A stretch of DNA of 64,000 nucleotides from the NCBI GenBank assembly GCA_015232555.1, contig JADFZJ010000018.1:4934-68933 (forward strand). The letters run 5' to 3'. The notes under the pieces are model-generated. The model searched no databases. It saw nothing but the letters and a program-made list of their open reading frames with translations, and had not been told where the DNA came from. Shown here in pieces: positions 8,788 to 18,856 of the stretch; positions within the stretch are counted from its first letter, which is position 1, and each line of letters begins with the position of its first letter. A program made the position numbers and the translations under genes. The stretch is from Desulfamplus sp. (lineage in GTDB: Bacteria; Desulfobacterota; Desulfobacteria; Desulfobacterales; Desulfobacteraceae).

Positions 8788-11762
8788 ATGATAAAAATTA
8801 AAACGGCTTCTATCGTAAAAAAAGTTTCTACTAAAATGTGCCTTTTGAATTTGTTGATTGCATCATCTCTATCACTTATTTTAACCGCAGCTATGTTGAC
8901 ATCATGCACTGGTTTGAACAAAAACAACGAGATTACAGATAAAAATGCGGTGCAGTCATCTTACACGGTTTCTGATGCTAATTATAATAACTCTGCTCCT
9001 GCTGAGCATGGTACGTCCCCCCCCCCCCTGATCCTGCTCTGATTCAAGGAGTATTGCCCAACGGGATGCGTTACCTGCTTTTGAAAAACGCAACTCCTAA
9101 GGACAGAGTAAGTATGCACCTTAATATTCAGTCTGGTTCAATGCACGAACGTGATGATCAGCAGGGGGTTGCCCACTATGTAGAGCACATGCTTTTTAAT
9201 GGCTCAACTCATTTTAAACCGGGAGAGCTGATTGAGTATTTTCAGTCAATTGGCATGATGTTCGGGGCAGATGCCAATGCACAGACAGGTTTTTTTGAAA
9301 CTGTGTATGATATTCTTCTGCCAGCAGGGGACAAGGCAAACCTTCAAAAAGGGCTGTTGATTTTTCAAGATTATGCAGAAGGAGCACTGCTATTAGATTC
9401 AGAGATTGAACGAGAACGCGGAGTAATTCTTGCCGAGATGCGGGAAAGAGACTCTGTAGGTTTTAGGACTTTTAAGGAATCACTTGAGTTTGAACTCCCT
9501 GGGTCTCTTATTTCAAAACGACTTCCAATTGGAATTAAAAAGGTTATTGAGTCTGCAGACAGAAATCTTTTAAAAGATTACTATGATACATGGTACAGAC
9601 CAGATAATATGGCAATTATAATGGTTGGAGACTTTGATGTTGATACGGCAAAAAATCTTATTCAGGAGAGATTTTCTGCCATAAAACCCAGAGCATCTGC
9701 TGCGGAGCAGCCTTTTAATACTTGGGAAGCCCATGCCTCTGAAGAGGTTTTTTACCACTATGAACCAGAGGCAGGTAAAACTGATATCTCCATTGGCACT
9801 GTGACATGGATGCCTTTTGAGGCTGAAAGTATAACAACATTTAAAGAGCGGGTTCTTAGACGCATTGCCGATACAATAGTCCAAAATAGACTATCTAAAG
9901 ATGTAAGAAAAAAGGACAGCCATTTCTCAAATGCAGGGATTTATTCTGGTATATTTCTTCAAAATATCAGTTTTACTGCTATCTCAGCTCAGTGTTCTCC
10001 AGAAAAATGGCATCAAAGTCTCAGTGTTATAGAACAAACACTTCGCAGAGCGTTAGAACATGGATTCACTGAGCCTGAGCTTGATCGTGTAAAAGCAGAT
10101 TTCATTCTTGGTCTTGAAACTGCTGTAAAAGAGGCAACAACTCGTGAAAGCACTTCACTTGCAAGGGAGATTATAGCCTCTATAAATAAAAACAAAATAT
10201 TTTTATCCCCACAACAAGAAAAAGATATTTTGGAACCGTTTGTTGAAAACTTGACAATTGATGATGTAAATAGAGCATTTACAGAGACATGGTCTGCACA
10301 ACACCGTCTTATTGAGGTGACCGGTAATGTAACTCTTAAACTTGACAATACTACACCCGAAGCGTTTATTTTAAGTGCATACCATGAAAGCCAAAATATT
10401 GAAGTTGCCCAGATAGAAAATAATGATGATGTTTTGTTTCCCTATCTACCAGAGCCTAATGATAACGCCCAAATTGTAAGCGATAAAGAGAGTAAGCCTC
10501 TTGGAATTCGTATGATTGATTTTAAGAACGGTGTGAGGCTTAACATAAAAAAGACGGATTACAAAAAAGGGGAATTTATTTATAGACTTGATTTTGGAAG
10601 CGGAAAAAAGGCAGAGCCATGGAAAAAACCAGGACTTGCTCTTTTAACTCAAGGTGTAATCAATGAAAGCGGAGTAGGGCAATTGACCCGCGATGAGCTT
10701 GAGACCTCATTAGCCGGTAAAAATATCAGTTTTAGTTTTAGTGCAGATTCAGACTCTTTTATCTATTCAGGTTCATCTGCTCCGAATGAGACAACTCTTC
10801 TTTTTCAACTGCTTTACACGCTGATGTCAGATCCAGGGTTTGATCAAGAGGCTTTAAACCTGTTCAAAAACCGTTACAAACAGATGTTTCAGGAGCTTTT
10901 AAGCACTCCTGACGGCATGATGCAGTTTAAAGGCGAATCTTTTTTAGCAGGAGGAGATACCCGTTTTTCTATGCCTACACTTGAACAGATGGAACCGTTA
11001 AATATGAAAGATGTTAAAAAGTGGGTTACCCCCTTTTTCAAAGATTCAAACATGGAAATTTCAGTGGTAGGTGATCTTGATGTTGAAGAGGTTATTGCTT
11101 CTGTATCTAAATATTTTGGTGCTCTTCCGTTAAAAAAATCGTCAGAGCCAGGTGCTCAGGATAAACGAAACCACTTGGTTTTTCCAGAGGGAGGAAAGAT
11201 AGAACTGCCAGTTGACAGTAAGATTGACAAAGCACTTGTTGTAATGGCATTTCCTACGGATGATTTTTGGAAAATTCGACAGACCAGAAGATTGAATATT
11301 CTTTCTAAGATACTATCAGAAAGACTTCGTAAGACAGTTCGTGAAGAGCTTGGAGCAACATACTCCCCGTATGCCTATAATGATTCATCTCAGACATACG
11401 ACGGTTATGGTGTAATGCGGGCTGTTATAACGGTAGCACCTAACAAAGTAGATGAAATAATTACACACATGGAGATTATTGCAGATTCCATGACAAATCA
11501 GAAGATATCAGAGAAAGAGCTTAACCTTGTGCTTGAGCCAATCTGGACATATATAAAGGACACAAGAAGAACTAACAGCTATTGGCGTGATTCTGTTATG
11601 GCAGGCTCCTCATACCATCCTGAAAAGATAGAGTGGGCAGCTACTATGGATGAAGACTACCGTTCTGTTTCGCTAAATGAGATATGGGAGCTTGCCGAGA
11701 AATTTTGTAACAGAAAGCGTGGGGCATTTATTGTGATTCAACCGTCAAATGAACTGAATTGA
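8788..11762 (+). pseudogene. M16 family zinc protease (PqqL-like lipoprotein), frameshifted at a C12 tract
   Basis: ORF 8788-9042 carries the lipoprotein signal (LTSC). ORF 9054-11762 carries HYVEHMLF (HxxEH). The downstream frame reads PDPALIQGVLPNGMRY through the end of the poly-C, so +1 or -2 C joins the two. Confidence 0.8.
9017..9028 (+). repeat. C12 homopolymer tract
   Basis: GTACGT-CCCCCCCCCCCC-TGATCC, exactly at the frameshift. Confidence 0.9.
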
Positions 11763-12234
11763 ATCTTTTCTGGTTCATATTTTCACGGATAAATTTATCC
11801 AGTGCAAATATCTGCCTAAAATTAAGCTCGGTAAAGACCATGCTCATCTCTCTTATTTTCATTAAATATTCTGAAGAGAGGTTTGCAAAGTCAACTTCTT
11901 CAATAATCACAGAGGATTGACTCAGAAACGGCAGTTCACCGTTTAAGGGGATATCTCCAAAATAATAGCCGTAATTTTCTAAAAAAATAGACTTTTCCTG
12001 AGTTGATGATGTGTGGTGGTCATCCTTGTCAATATATTTAAATACAAGAGAACCACCTGACCTTGTGATTCCACCTGTATGTGTATTGCCAGTGTTTATA
12101 TTGACAATCTGGCCAATTTTATAGGAGGCGGGGCTTATGGCAGCATAGACTCCATCATTTGCATGGTCTTTTCTGCTCTTTCTCTTTCTGGTTCTGGTTC
12201 TTTTCTTATTAGCCTCTGCATTGTCTTTATACAT
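11728..12234 (-). CDS. hypothetical protein with basic N-terminal tail
   Basis: ATG at 12234 with GGAG upstream; NKKRTRTRKRKSRK N-terminus and a globular-looking C-terminal half; converges on the protease. Confidence 0.65.
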   Translation of the reverse strand: MYKDNAEANKKRTRTRKRKSRKDHANDGVYAAISPASYKIGQIVNINTGNTHTGGITRSGGSLVFKYIDKDDHHTSSTQEKSIFLENYGYYFGDIPLNGELPFLSQSSVIIEEVDFANLSSEYLMKIREMSMVFTELNFRQIFALDKFIRENMNQKRFNSVHLTVESQ

Positions 12235-12501
12235 ACTTCTCCTTGGTATCAACTCTTTTATCATTCAAATAAAATAAACATTGTTGCTGAATCAAAGCTC
12301 CTAAGTCACGAGAATAATAACAATATCATACACAACTTTAATGCAGCTATTGTTGGATTAAAATTCCAAAACTCCTGAACAAAAGAACAAGAAATATAAA
12401 CAACGTGAAAATTGTGGTTTCATAGTATGTATGACCATGTTTTGTCAAATCATTATCAAGGGGATTATCACTTTTTATGCAGTGTCGCTAATTTATCATT
12501 A

Positions 12502-12548
12502 AGGAATTTCAATCAAACCAGAATTACAGCGAAACTGCTTATGTTCAG
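12502..12548 (+). repeat. dispersed ~55-bp repeat, copy 2 (degenerate)
   Basis: AGGAATTTCAATCAAACCAGAATTACAGCGAAACTGCTTATGTTCAG. Confidence 0.75.
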
Positions 12549-12597
12549 ATGAATAGTTCCTAAAATTGAGTTTCAGTTTATTTGGTTCTTAATGTAA

Positions 12598-13086
12598 TTA
12601 ATCTAAATTTTCAGTAAACTGCATTAAATTACGGTCCTTTTTTACCTTTGCAGGATCAAATATCCTGCCATTTATGGCAATATATACGCCTGATGGAAGC
12701 GTCTGAACCGCTGCTACAGCACTGCCGAGATTAAAAGATGCGTCACTTGACTTGAAACATGCAGGTTTCATGGCTCCTGTAAGGACAATCACCTTATCTT
12801 CAATTGCCTTGAGTGCCATCGCTGTATCAACCATAGTATCTGTTCCGTGGGTAATCACAATATGCTTGCTATCTTCCTGTAAAACTGCATCGTGTATCAT
12901 TTTGCGATCTTCATAAGTCATATCAAGAGAGTCTTTTTGCAGCAGGGAGACAACCTCGTAATCAAAATTAACTCTTGCTTCACTTATAATATTCTCAATT
13001 CCAGGAGGTCCTACCTGATAATTACTCAACGCATCAAAATAGACTTTATCAATAGTACCACCAATGGCAAAAAATTTTATTTTCAT
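12598..13086 (-). CDS. single-domain L-asparaginase-like protein
   Basis: IGGTIDKVY, KDSLDMT, IVITHGTDTM, VLTGAMKPA...SDASFNLG; only the N-terminal asparaginase domain (162 aa). Confidence 0.88.
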   Translation of the reverse strand: MKIKFFAIGGTIDKVYFDALSNYQVGPPGIENIISEARVNFDYEVVSLLQKDSLDMTYEDRKMIHDAVLQEDSKHIVITHGTDTMVDTAMALKAIEDKVIVLTGAMKPACFKSSDASFNLGSAVAAVQTLPSGVYIAINGRIFDPAKVKKDRNLMQFTENLD

Positions 13087-13161
13087 CTGCTTTGCTCCTC
13101 AATTGTTACTATAATTTATTGGTATTTTACCTGCCATAATAAAAGGAGTATATAGAAAAAT

Positions 13162-14067
13162 ATGCTTACACGCAAAATATTCAAAATAATGCCTGCCCGA
13201 GTTATAGCAGCAATTTCAGGGCTTATTGTTTATATTATATTATCTGGATTTTATAACAATAATGCCGATAATAGTATTATCGCATCAGATAAAACCATTA
13301 ACAATAAATTAGGTATGACTTTTATCTATGTTCCAGCAGGAAAATTTTTTATGGGAAGCCCCAAGAACGAGATAGGAAGAGATTGGAATGAGGAACTTCA
13401 TTCTGTAAATATCTCAAAAGGCTTTTATATTCAAGAGACAGAAGTAACACAAGAACAATGGAAAAAACTTGTAGGGTTCAATCCATCCTCTTTTCCTGAT
13501 TGTGGAGAAAATTGTCCTGTAGATACTATTTCTTGGGGGCAGTGCATTGAATTTATAAGAGTTCTCAATGAGTGGGAAGGAACAAAAAAATACCGCCTTC
13601 CAACCGAAGCTGAGTGGGAGTATGCTTGTCGGGCGGGAAGTAACACGGCCTTTGCCAATGGTCATATTACGCAAAATTTGTGTTCTCCGCTTGATCCTGT
13701 GCTTGATGAGATAACATGGTACTGCGGCAACTCAGGTTATAAAAATCCGCCTGATGTTTTAAGACCTCATCCAGTCAAAACCAAAAAGCCAAACGCATGG
13801 GGAATTTATGACATGCATGGCAATGTTCAGGAGTGGTGCATGGACTCTTGCGGCTGGAAAAGCAGTTGGTTTGGCAGAACAGGGGTCGTTACATCAACCT
13901 ATAAAGACAATATTGTTGATCCTATCTCAAAAGAAGGAGAACACCGAATTTTAAGAGGAGGAGGCTGGCATCAGCCGCCTAAACACTGCAGAAGTGCAAA
14001 AAGAAGTTTTTATAAACCTACAGCAAAACGTAATAGTCTTGGATTTAGGATTGTGAGGGAACTTTGA
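13162..14067 (+). CDS. formylglycine-generating enzyme (FGE-sulfatase/SUMF1) domain protein with N-terminal anchor
   Basis: FFMGSP, ETEVTQEQW, YRLPTEAEWEYACRAG, PNAWGIYDMHGNVQEWC, RGGGW and SLGFRI. Confidence 0.9.
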   Translation: MLTRKIFKIMPARVIAAISGLIVYIILSGFYNNNADNSIIASDKTINNKLGMTFIYVPAGKFFMGSPKNEIGRDWNEELHSVNISKGFYIQETEVTQEQWKKLVGFNPSSFPDCGENCPVDTISWGQCIEFIRVLNEWEGTKKYRLPTEAEWEYACRAGSNTAFANGHITQNLCSPLDPVLDEITWYCGNSGYKNPPDVLRPHPVKTKKPNAWGIYDMHGNVQEWCMDSCGWKSSWFGRTGVVTSTYKDNIVDPISKEGEHRILRGGGWHQPPKHCRSAKRSFYKPTAKRNSLGFRIVREL

Positions 14068-14209
14068 TTGACATTTAAATAAATCAGATATAAACTTATT
14101 AAACTTTGTGTCAATAAAGTTTCCAATAGGGTAAACAAAATTCAAAAAAAGAGGATTTATAAAGTTATATAAGGAGAATTTACCCTTTTTACTATAAAGG
14201 AGGTGCAAG

Positions 14210-14968
14210 ATGTCTTTTTCAATCAATACCAACACAGCAGGTGCAAGAGCATTGAACTCGCTGAATCGATCAACAACAGATATGAGCAGTTCAATCCAAC
14301 GATTTGCCACGGGTAACAGAATAAACAGTGCTGCCGATGATGCCTCAGGCATGATGATTGCAGACTCACTTGGCAGCCAGGCTAAAAGTGCTGGGCAGAT
14401 GATTATGAACGCTAACGATAGTATCAGTATTGCACAGATTAAAGATGGTGCGTTAGGAGAGGCAACCTCCATAATGCAGGGAATAAGAGAAAGAGTTGTT
14501 CAAGCATCATCATCAACGTTGAATTCATCAGACAGAGCAGTAATTCAGCAGGATATTTCAAAATCACTTGAGTCTCTCGGTAAACTGTATGAAGGGGCAC
14601 AATTTAATGGTCAAAAATTGCTGTCTGATTCGCCTGGATTGTCATCTATAGCCCAGATTGATCTTTCGAGTGTAGAGAGCAGTCAGGCATCTCTTGAGAT
14701 GGTAGATGACGCTATTGAACAGACATCAAAAATGAGGTCTGACACAGGCTCAATTCAAAATCAGCTTGAATCAACTATAAACAGTCTTAGTTCAGGAATG
14801 ATAAACTCATACCAGTCAGAAGCTACCATAAAAGATGTCGATATTGCTCAAGAATCAATGAATATGAAACAGATCGAAAATCTTCGGACAGCAGGTATTT
14901 TTGCTCTGGCTCAGGCAAATGCACAGCCTAAAAATGTAATGTCATTGCTGGATCAGATGGCAGCATGA
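14210..14968 (+). CDS. short, divergent flagellin-family protein
   Basis: SINTN...GNRINSAADDASG...NANDSISIAQ N-domain and IKDVDIAQE...LAQAN..P C-domain; 252 aa with almost no variable domain. Confidence 0.85.
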   Translation: MSFSINTNTAGARALNSLNRSTTDMSSSIQRFATGNRINSAADDASGMMIADSLGSQAKSAGQMIMNANDSISIAQIKDGALGEATSIMQGIRERVVQASSSTLNSSDRAVIQQDISKSLESLGKLYEGAQFNGQKLLSDSPGLSSIAQIDLSSVESSQASLEMVDDAIEQTSKMRSDTGSIQNQLESTINSLSSGMINSYQSEATIKDVDIAQESMNMKQIENLRTAGIFALAQANAQPKNVMSLLDQMAA

Positions 14969-15078
14969 TTTGTTCTTGCTTTTAATGTATGTAGAAGTTT
15001 AATCGTTAGTTGTGCCTGTTAGGGCATATTCTTTAATAAAAAATAAATAGTGAATCGGAATAATAATCAGAGAAAACA

Positions 15079-15981
15079 ATGGACAATTATAACTCATTAC
15101 AGGAAGAAAAAGAGCCGGATGATCTGATGAAAGAGAATATCATCCGTAAAAACAAGAAAAAAATAGCACAAGGTTCAGATTTACCGGGAAAATCAATGCT
15201 CAAAAAAAGCGATCTATCGCTGGTCTTTATTGGAGCAGGTATCATTACATTAATTATTTTCTTTGTTTTTCTAAGACCATCAGATGAAGCAAAAACAGAT
15301 ATAGACAAAGAAATAACTGCAAATGCAGCTCCTCCTGTTGAGGAGACAGTTAAGGTTCTTGAACAGAAGCTGACTACACTTGAAGAGATGATGCAGGCAA
15401 TTAATGCAAGCCAGGCTGCAACTGAAGGAGAGCCGAGTGCCCAGATGCAGGATATCAAACCCTATGTAGCGAGAATTGAAAGAGTTGAAACAGCACTATC
15501 TGTTAAATTTGACGTTCTGACAGCAAGGGTTGATAAATTGGATGATAAATTATCTGCTATTATTAGAGATGTTGAAAAAAACAACCGAATAGTAAACAAC
15601 ATCAAGCAGACACCGCACTCACAACCTCAGCCCTCTAAACATACAGAAACAGCAGTTGATAAACAAGTTGCACCTAAAAAAGAGCAGTCAGAAACAAAAG
15701 CTCCTGCTAAAGTGAGCAGCAAGACTCCGGAGAAGAGCAATGTTACAGTAAATAAAACAGCAGCAAGCACGAAACCTGAAACTGCATCACCAGCTAAACA
15801 GAAGCAAAAACAACCAGAGAGCAAGAGCACTGCTACTGCCTATCATACAGTTGCCAAAGGTGATACTCTTTATAATATCAGTAAAAGATACGACACGACA
15901 GTTGAGCAGTTAAGAGCAATGAATAAAATGACCGTACAGGATGCTATCGTTATTGGTCAAAAGCTCATAGTAAAAAAATAA
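15079..15981 (+). CDS. membrane-anchored coiled-coil protein with C-terminal LysM domain
   Basis: One TM segment (LVFIGAGIITLIIFFVFL); YHTVAKGDTLYNISKRYDTTVEQLRAMNKM...IGQKL. Confidence 0.88.
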   Translation: MDNYNSLQEEKEPDDLMKENIIRKNKKKIAQGSDLPGKSMLKKSDLSLVFIGAGIITLIIFFVFLRPSDEAKTDIDKEITANAAPPVEETVKVLEQKLTTLEEMMQAINASQAATEGEPSAQMQDIKPYVARIERVETALSVKFDVLTARVDKLDDKLSAIIRDVEKNNRIVNNIKQTPHSQPQPSKHTETAVDKQVAPKKEQSETKAPAKVSSKTPEKSNVTVNKTAASTKPETASPAKQKQKQPESKSTATAYHTVAKGDTLYNISKRYDTTVEQLRAMNKMTVQDAIVIGQKLIVKK

Positions 15982-16007
15982 TACATATAGGCACTTTTTG
16001 AACTTGT

Positions 16008-16051
16008 TAGGAGCAGGGGAAATGGGGAAATCTAACTTAACCCTGCTCCTA
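16008..16051. terminator. hairpin between convergent lysM gene and trpCF
   Basis: TAGGAGCAGGG ... CCCTGCTCCTA perfect 11-bp inverted repeat. Confidence 0.6.
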
Positions 16052-16093
16052 TATTTTTATAATAATCTTTCTTCCCCGTTTTTACTAACCCGC

Positions 16094-17629
16094 TCATTTT
16101 ATTTGAGAGATAAATTTTTTAACCTTTTCAATATCCTTTTTCCCGGGTGAAAATTCCACGCCAGAACTCAAATCAACTCCCCAAGGATTGGCTGTATCTA
16201 TAGCTTTTTCTATGTTCTCAGGATTAATTCCTCCCGCAATGATTATTCTTAGCTCTTTTTTGTTATTGTTTGTGTTTGATGCCTCTGTTGCAAGCTCCCA
16301 GTTCCAGATCTCTCCATTTCCACCTGGCAGAACTCCTTTGCCATATTCCACCAAAATTGCATGAGCATCATCATACAGATGAGCCTTGCTAAGATGAGGA
16401 TCCTTTCCCGCAAATAGTGCTTTGATTACAATAAGCCCATCATCTGCAAGCTGCCTTACCAATTCAGGAGTTTCGTTGCCATGAAGTTGAACCGCTTTGA
16501 TAGAAGAGGCTTTCACTACCCGCATAATTGTTTTGTAATCTTCATCTACAAACACACCTGTAGTAATAATATGCTCAGGAAGTTTTTTGGTTATTTCTCC
16601 TACTGCATCTGGCGAGATATATCTTGGACTTTTTGGATAAAAGATAAAGCCAATAGCATCTGCACCAGCTTTGACACAGGCTAAAGCATCTTCAAGTGTG
16701 GTAAGACCACATATTTTTACAAATAATTTTTTGCCATTTACCACTCTATCTTCTGAAAAACAGTGTAGAGAATTATTAGATTTTATAGGATGGTTAGATT
16801 TATAACCTATACCTGTTTTTACAAGGCTCTGAATAAACTCTTTGGTATTTTCTGCTCTTACAATACTTTCACCCACTAAAAAATTGAAGATTTTGGAATC
16901 TATGCCTTTTTGTATATCGTCAGATGATGAGATACCGCTTGCTTCAACTGGAATCTGACCTTCAGTGAAAAATGGCACAACTCTTTTTGAGACATTCAGA
17001 TCAACTTCAAGAGTCTCAAGATTACGATTATTGATGCCGATTGTTCGAGCATTGGCATAAACAGCTTTGTCAAGCTCCCACTCTGAATTTATCTCAACAA
17101 GAGGCTCCATTTTAAGATCTCTTGCAAGTGCCACATAGTCCCGTAACTGCTCCTTTGATAGCATTGCAACAATAAGAAGAATTGAATCTGCACCAGCAGC
17201 TTTTGCTTCGTAAATCTGATAAGATGAGAGGGTAAAATCTTTTCTCAAGATAGGCAGTGATGTAATCTCTCTTACAGCCTTCAAATCATCAAGAGAACCT
17301 TTAAAATAGTGCTTTTCTGTCAAAACTGAAATCGCACAAGCCCCAGCTTTTGTATATTCGTCAGCATATTTTGCAGGATCAAGGTCTATCTTTATATCTC
17401 CTTTTGATGGCGAGGCTTTTTTAATCTCAGCAATAATTCCAACGCTGCCTGCTCTGCCCTTTTGAAGAGCGTCTAAAAACAGAAAAGGCTTACGATATAA
17501 GGGAGATTTAATATTTAAACTTTCTTCAGCCTCCTTTCTTATTTGAGTCAGTGGAACAATACGCTCTGACTCTGCAACATCCATTTTTTTCAGAGCAGTA
17601 ACTTCCCTTAAAAAACCTGATATTCCCAT
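16094..17629 (-). CDS. trpCF: bifunctional indole-3-glycerol-phosphate synthase / phosphoribosylanthranilate isomerase
   Basis: TrpC motifs IIAEIKKASPSKG, ISVLTE, LRKDF, IGINNRNL; then TrpF motifs VKICGLT, GFIFYPKSPRY, VQLHGNE, IAGGINPEN, VDLSSGVE..PGKKD. Confidence 0.93.
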   Translation of the reverse strand: MGISGFLREVTALKKMDVAESERIVPLTQIRKEAEESLNIKSPLYRKPFLFLDALQKGRAGSVGIIAEIKKASPSKGDIKIDLDPAKYADEYTKAGACAISVLTEKHYFKGSLDDLKAVREITSLPILRKDFTLSSYQIYEAKAAGADSILLIVAMLSKEQLRDYVALARDLKMEPLVEINSEWELDKAVYANARTIGINNRNLETLEVDLNVSKRVVPFFTEGQIPVEASGISSSDDIQKGIDSKIFNFLVGESIVRAENTKEFIQSLVKTGIGYKSNHPIKSNNSLHCFSEDRVVNGKKLFVKICGLTTLEDALACVKAGADAIGFIFYPKSPRYISPDAVGEITKKLPEHIITTGVFVDEDYKTIMRVVKASSIKAVQLHGNETPELVRQLADDGLIVIKALFAGKDPHLSKAHLYDDAHAILVEYGKGVLPGGNGEIWNWELATEASNTNNNKKELRIIIAGGINPENIEKAIDTANPWGVDLSSGVEFSPGKKDIEKVKKFISQIK

Positions 17630-17632
17630 CAG

Positions 17633-18670
17633 TTATCCATTCTCCTGTGTAAAATCTGCAAGCTGTTTGAGCTTTTCCATTGCCTTTCCAGAATCAATAG
17701 ATTCAGTTGCCTTTTTTATACCGTCATTTAAATTTTCAGCAGCATCAGTAGCAACCAATGCTGCGGCACTGTTAAGAAGCACAATATTTCGTTTTACCCC
17801 CTTCTCTCCATTCAAAATAGCTGTGGTAATTGAGGCATTAAAGTTTACGTCACCGCCTTTTATCTCTGAAGAGTCTGCATATTCACCAAAAAACTCTACT
17901 GGATCAAGATCGTAAGAGCGGATAATTCCGTCTTTTAGTTCTGAAATTCGGGTTGGGGCACAGACTGAAATCTCGTCTAAACCATCGTGCCCATGAACCA
18001 CAAATGCGTGGTAAGTACCAAGAAGTTTTAATGCCTGTGCAAACATTTCAGTAAGTTGCGGAGCAAATACTCCTAAAAGCTGGCATCGTGCAGCAGCAGG
18101 ATTGGTCAAAGGTCCAAGCATGTTAAAGATACTTCTGATCCCAACCTCTTTTCTCGCCTTTGCAGCATAACGCATGGCACTGTGAAAAGTTGGGGCAAAC
18201 AGAAATCCGATTCCGATTCCATTGACAGCCTCCTCAACAACCTCTGGCTGAGTGTTGATGTTGACCCCTAAAGCCTCCAAAACATCTGCACTTCCGCATT
18301 TGCTTGAGATGCTTCTGTTCCCATGTTTTGCAACGGTAACTCCACATCCTGCAACTACAAAGGCTGTGGTAGTTGAAATGTTAAAAGAGCCTGACAAATC
18401 TCCGCCTGTGCCGCAGGTATCTACAGCCTTGTTAGAAACAGTCTGGATTCTCGCGGCTTTTGCCCTCATTGCACGGGCAGCCCCTGCAAGCTCCTCAAAT
18501 GTCTCACCTTTGGCTGCAAGTGCACCTATAAATGCACCAATCTGTGAATCTGTAATTGTGCCAGAAAATATATCGGACATCATGTTGGACATCTGTTCTT
18601 CTGACAAATCCTGACGTTTGACAATTATTTTAAGATAGTCGGTAAAGTTCATCTGTTTATTATACTCCAA
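17633..18670 (-). CDS. trpD: anthranilate phosphoribosyltransferase
   Basis: DTCGTGGD, FNIST, VAKHGNRSISSKCGSADVLEALG, FNMLGPLTNP and VHGHDGLDE; the start may be ATG at 18652. Confidence 0.96.
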   Translation of the reverse strand: MEYNKQMNFTDYLKIIVKRQDLSEEQMSNMMSDIFSGTITDSQIGAFIGALAAKGETFEELAGAARAMRAKAARIQTVSNKAVDTCGTGGDLSGSFNISTTTAFVVAGCGVTVAKHGNRSISSKCGSADVLEALGVNINTQPEVVEEAVNGIGIGFLFAPTFHSAMRYAAKARKEVGIRSIFNMLGPLTNPAAARCQLLGVFAPQLTEMFAQALKLLGTYHAFVVHGHDGLDEISVCAPTRISELKDGIIRSYDLDPVEFFGEYADSSEIKGGDVNFNASITTAILNGEKGVKRNIVLLNSAAALVATDAAENLNDGIKKATESIDSGKAMEKLKQLADFTQENG

Positions 18671-18727
18671 GTTTGTTTATGCACTAAATTATTATGTATC
18701 AAATTTTAGTGCCTATTTAATAATTAA

Positions 18728-18785
18728 TTATTCAGGAATTGCAATCCAACAATAATTGCAGCAAAGCTGCTTATGTTTCTGATAT
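18728..18785 (+). repeat. dispersed ~55-bp repeat, copy 3
   Basis: TTATTCAGGAATTGCAATCCAACAATAATTGCAGCAAAGCTGCTTATGTTTCTGATAT. Confidence 0.85.
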
Positions 18786-18856
18786 TGTGATTTTATGAAT
18801 GATTACAGTCTGATAGTTATTTTGTCAAGATTTTTGTTTCTTTTTATAGAAACAAA

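Noticed and set aside
9040-9042. Selenocysteine or stop readthrough at the TGA of the short protease ORF
   Set aside because: The catalytic ORF is in a different frame, so readthrough would not join them.
14068-14209. sigma28 or sigma54 promoter for the flagellin-like gene
   Set aside because: No GCCGATAA-like or TGGCAC-N5-TTGC element at correct spacing was found.
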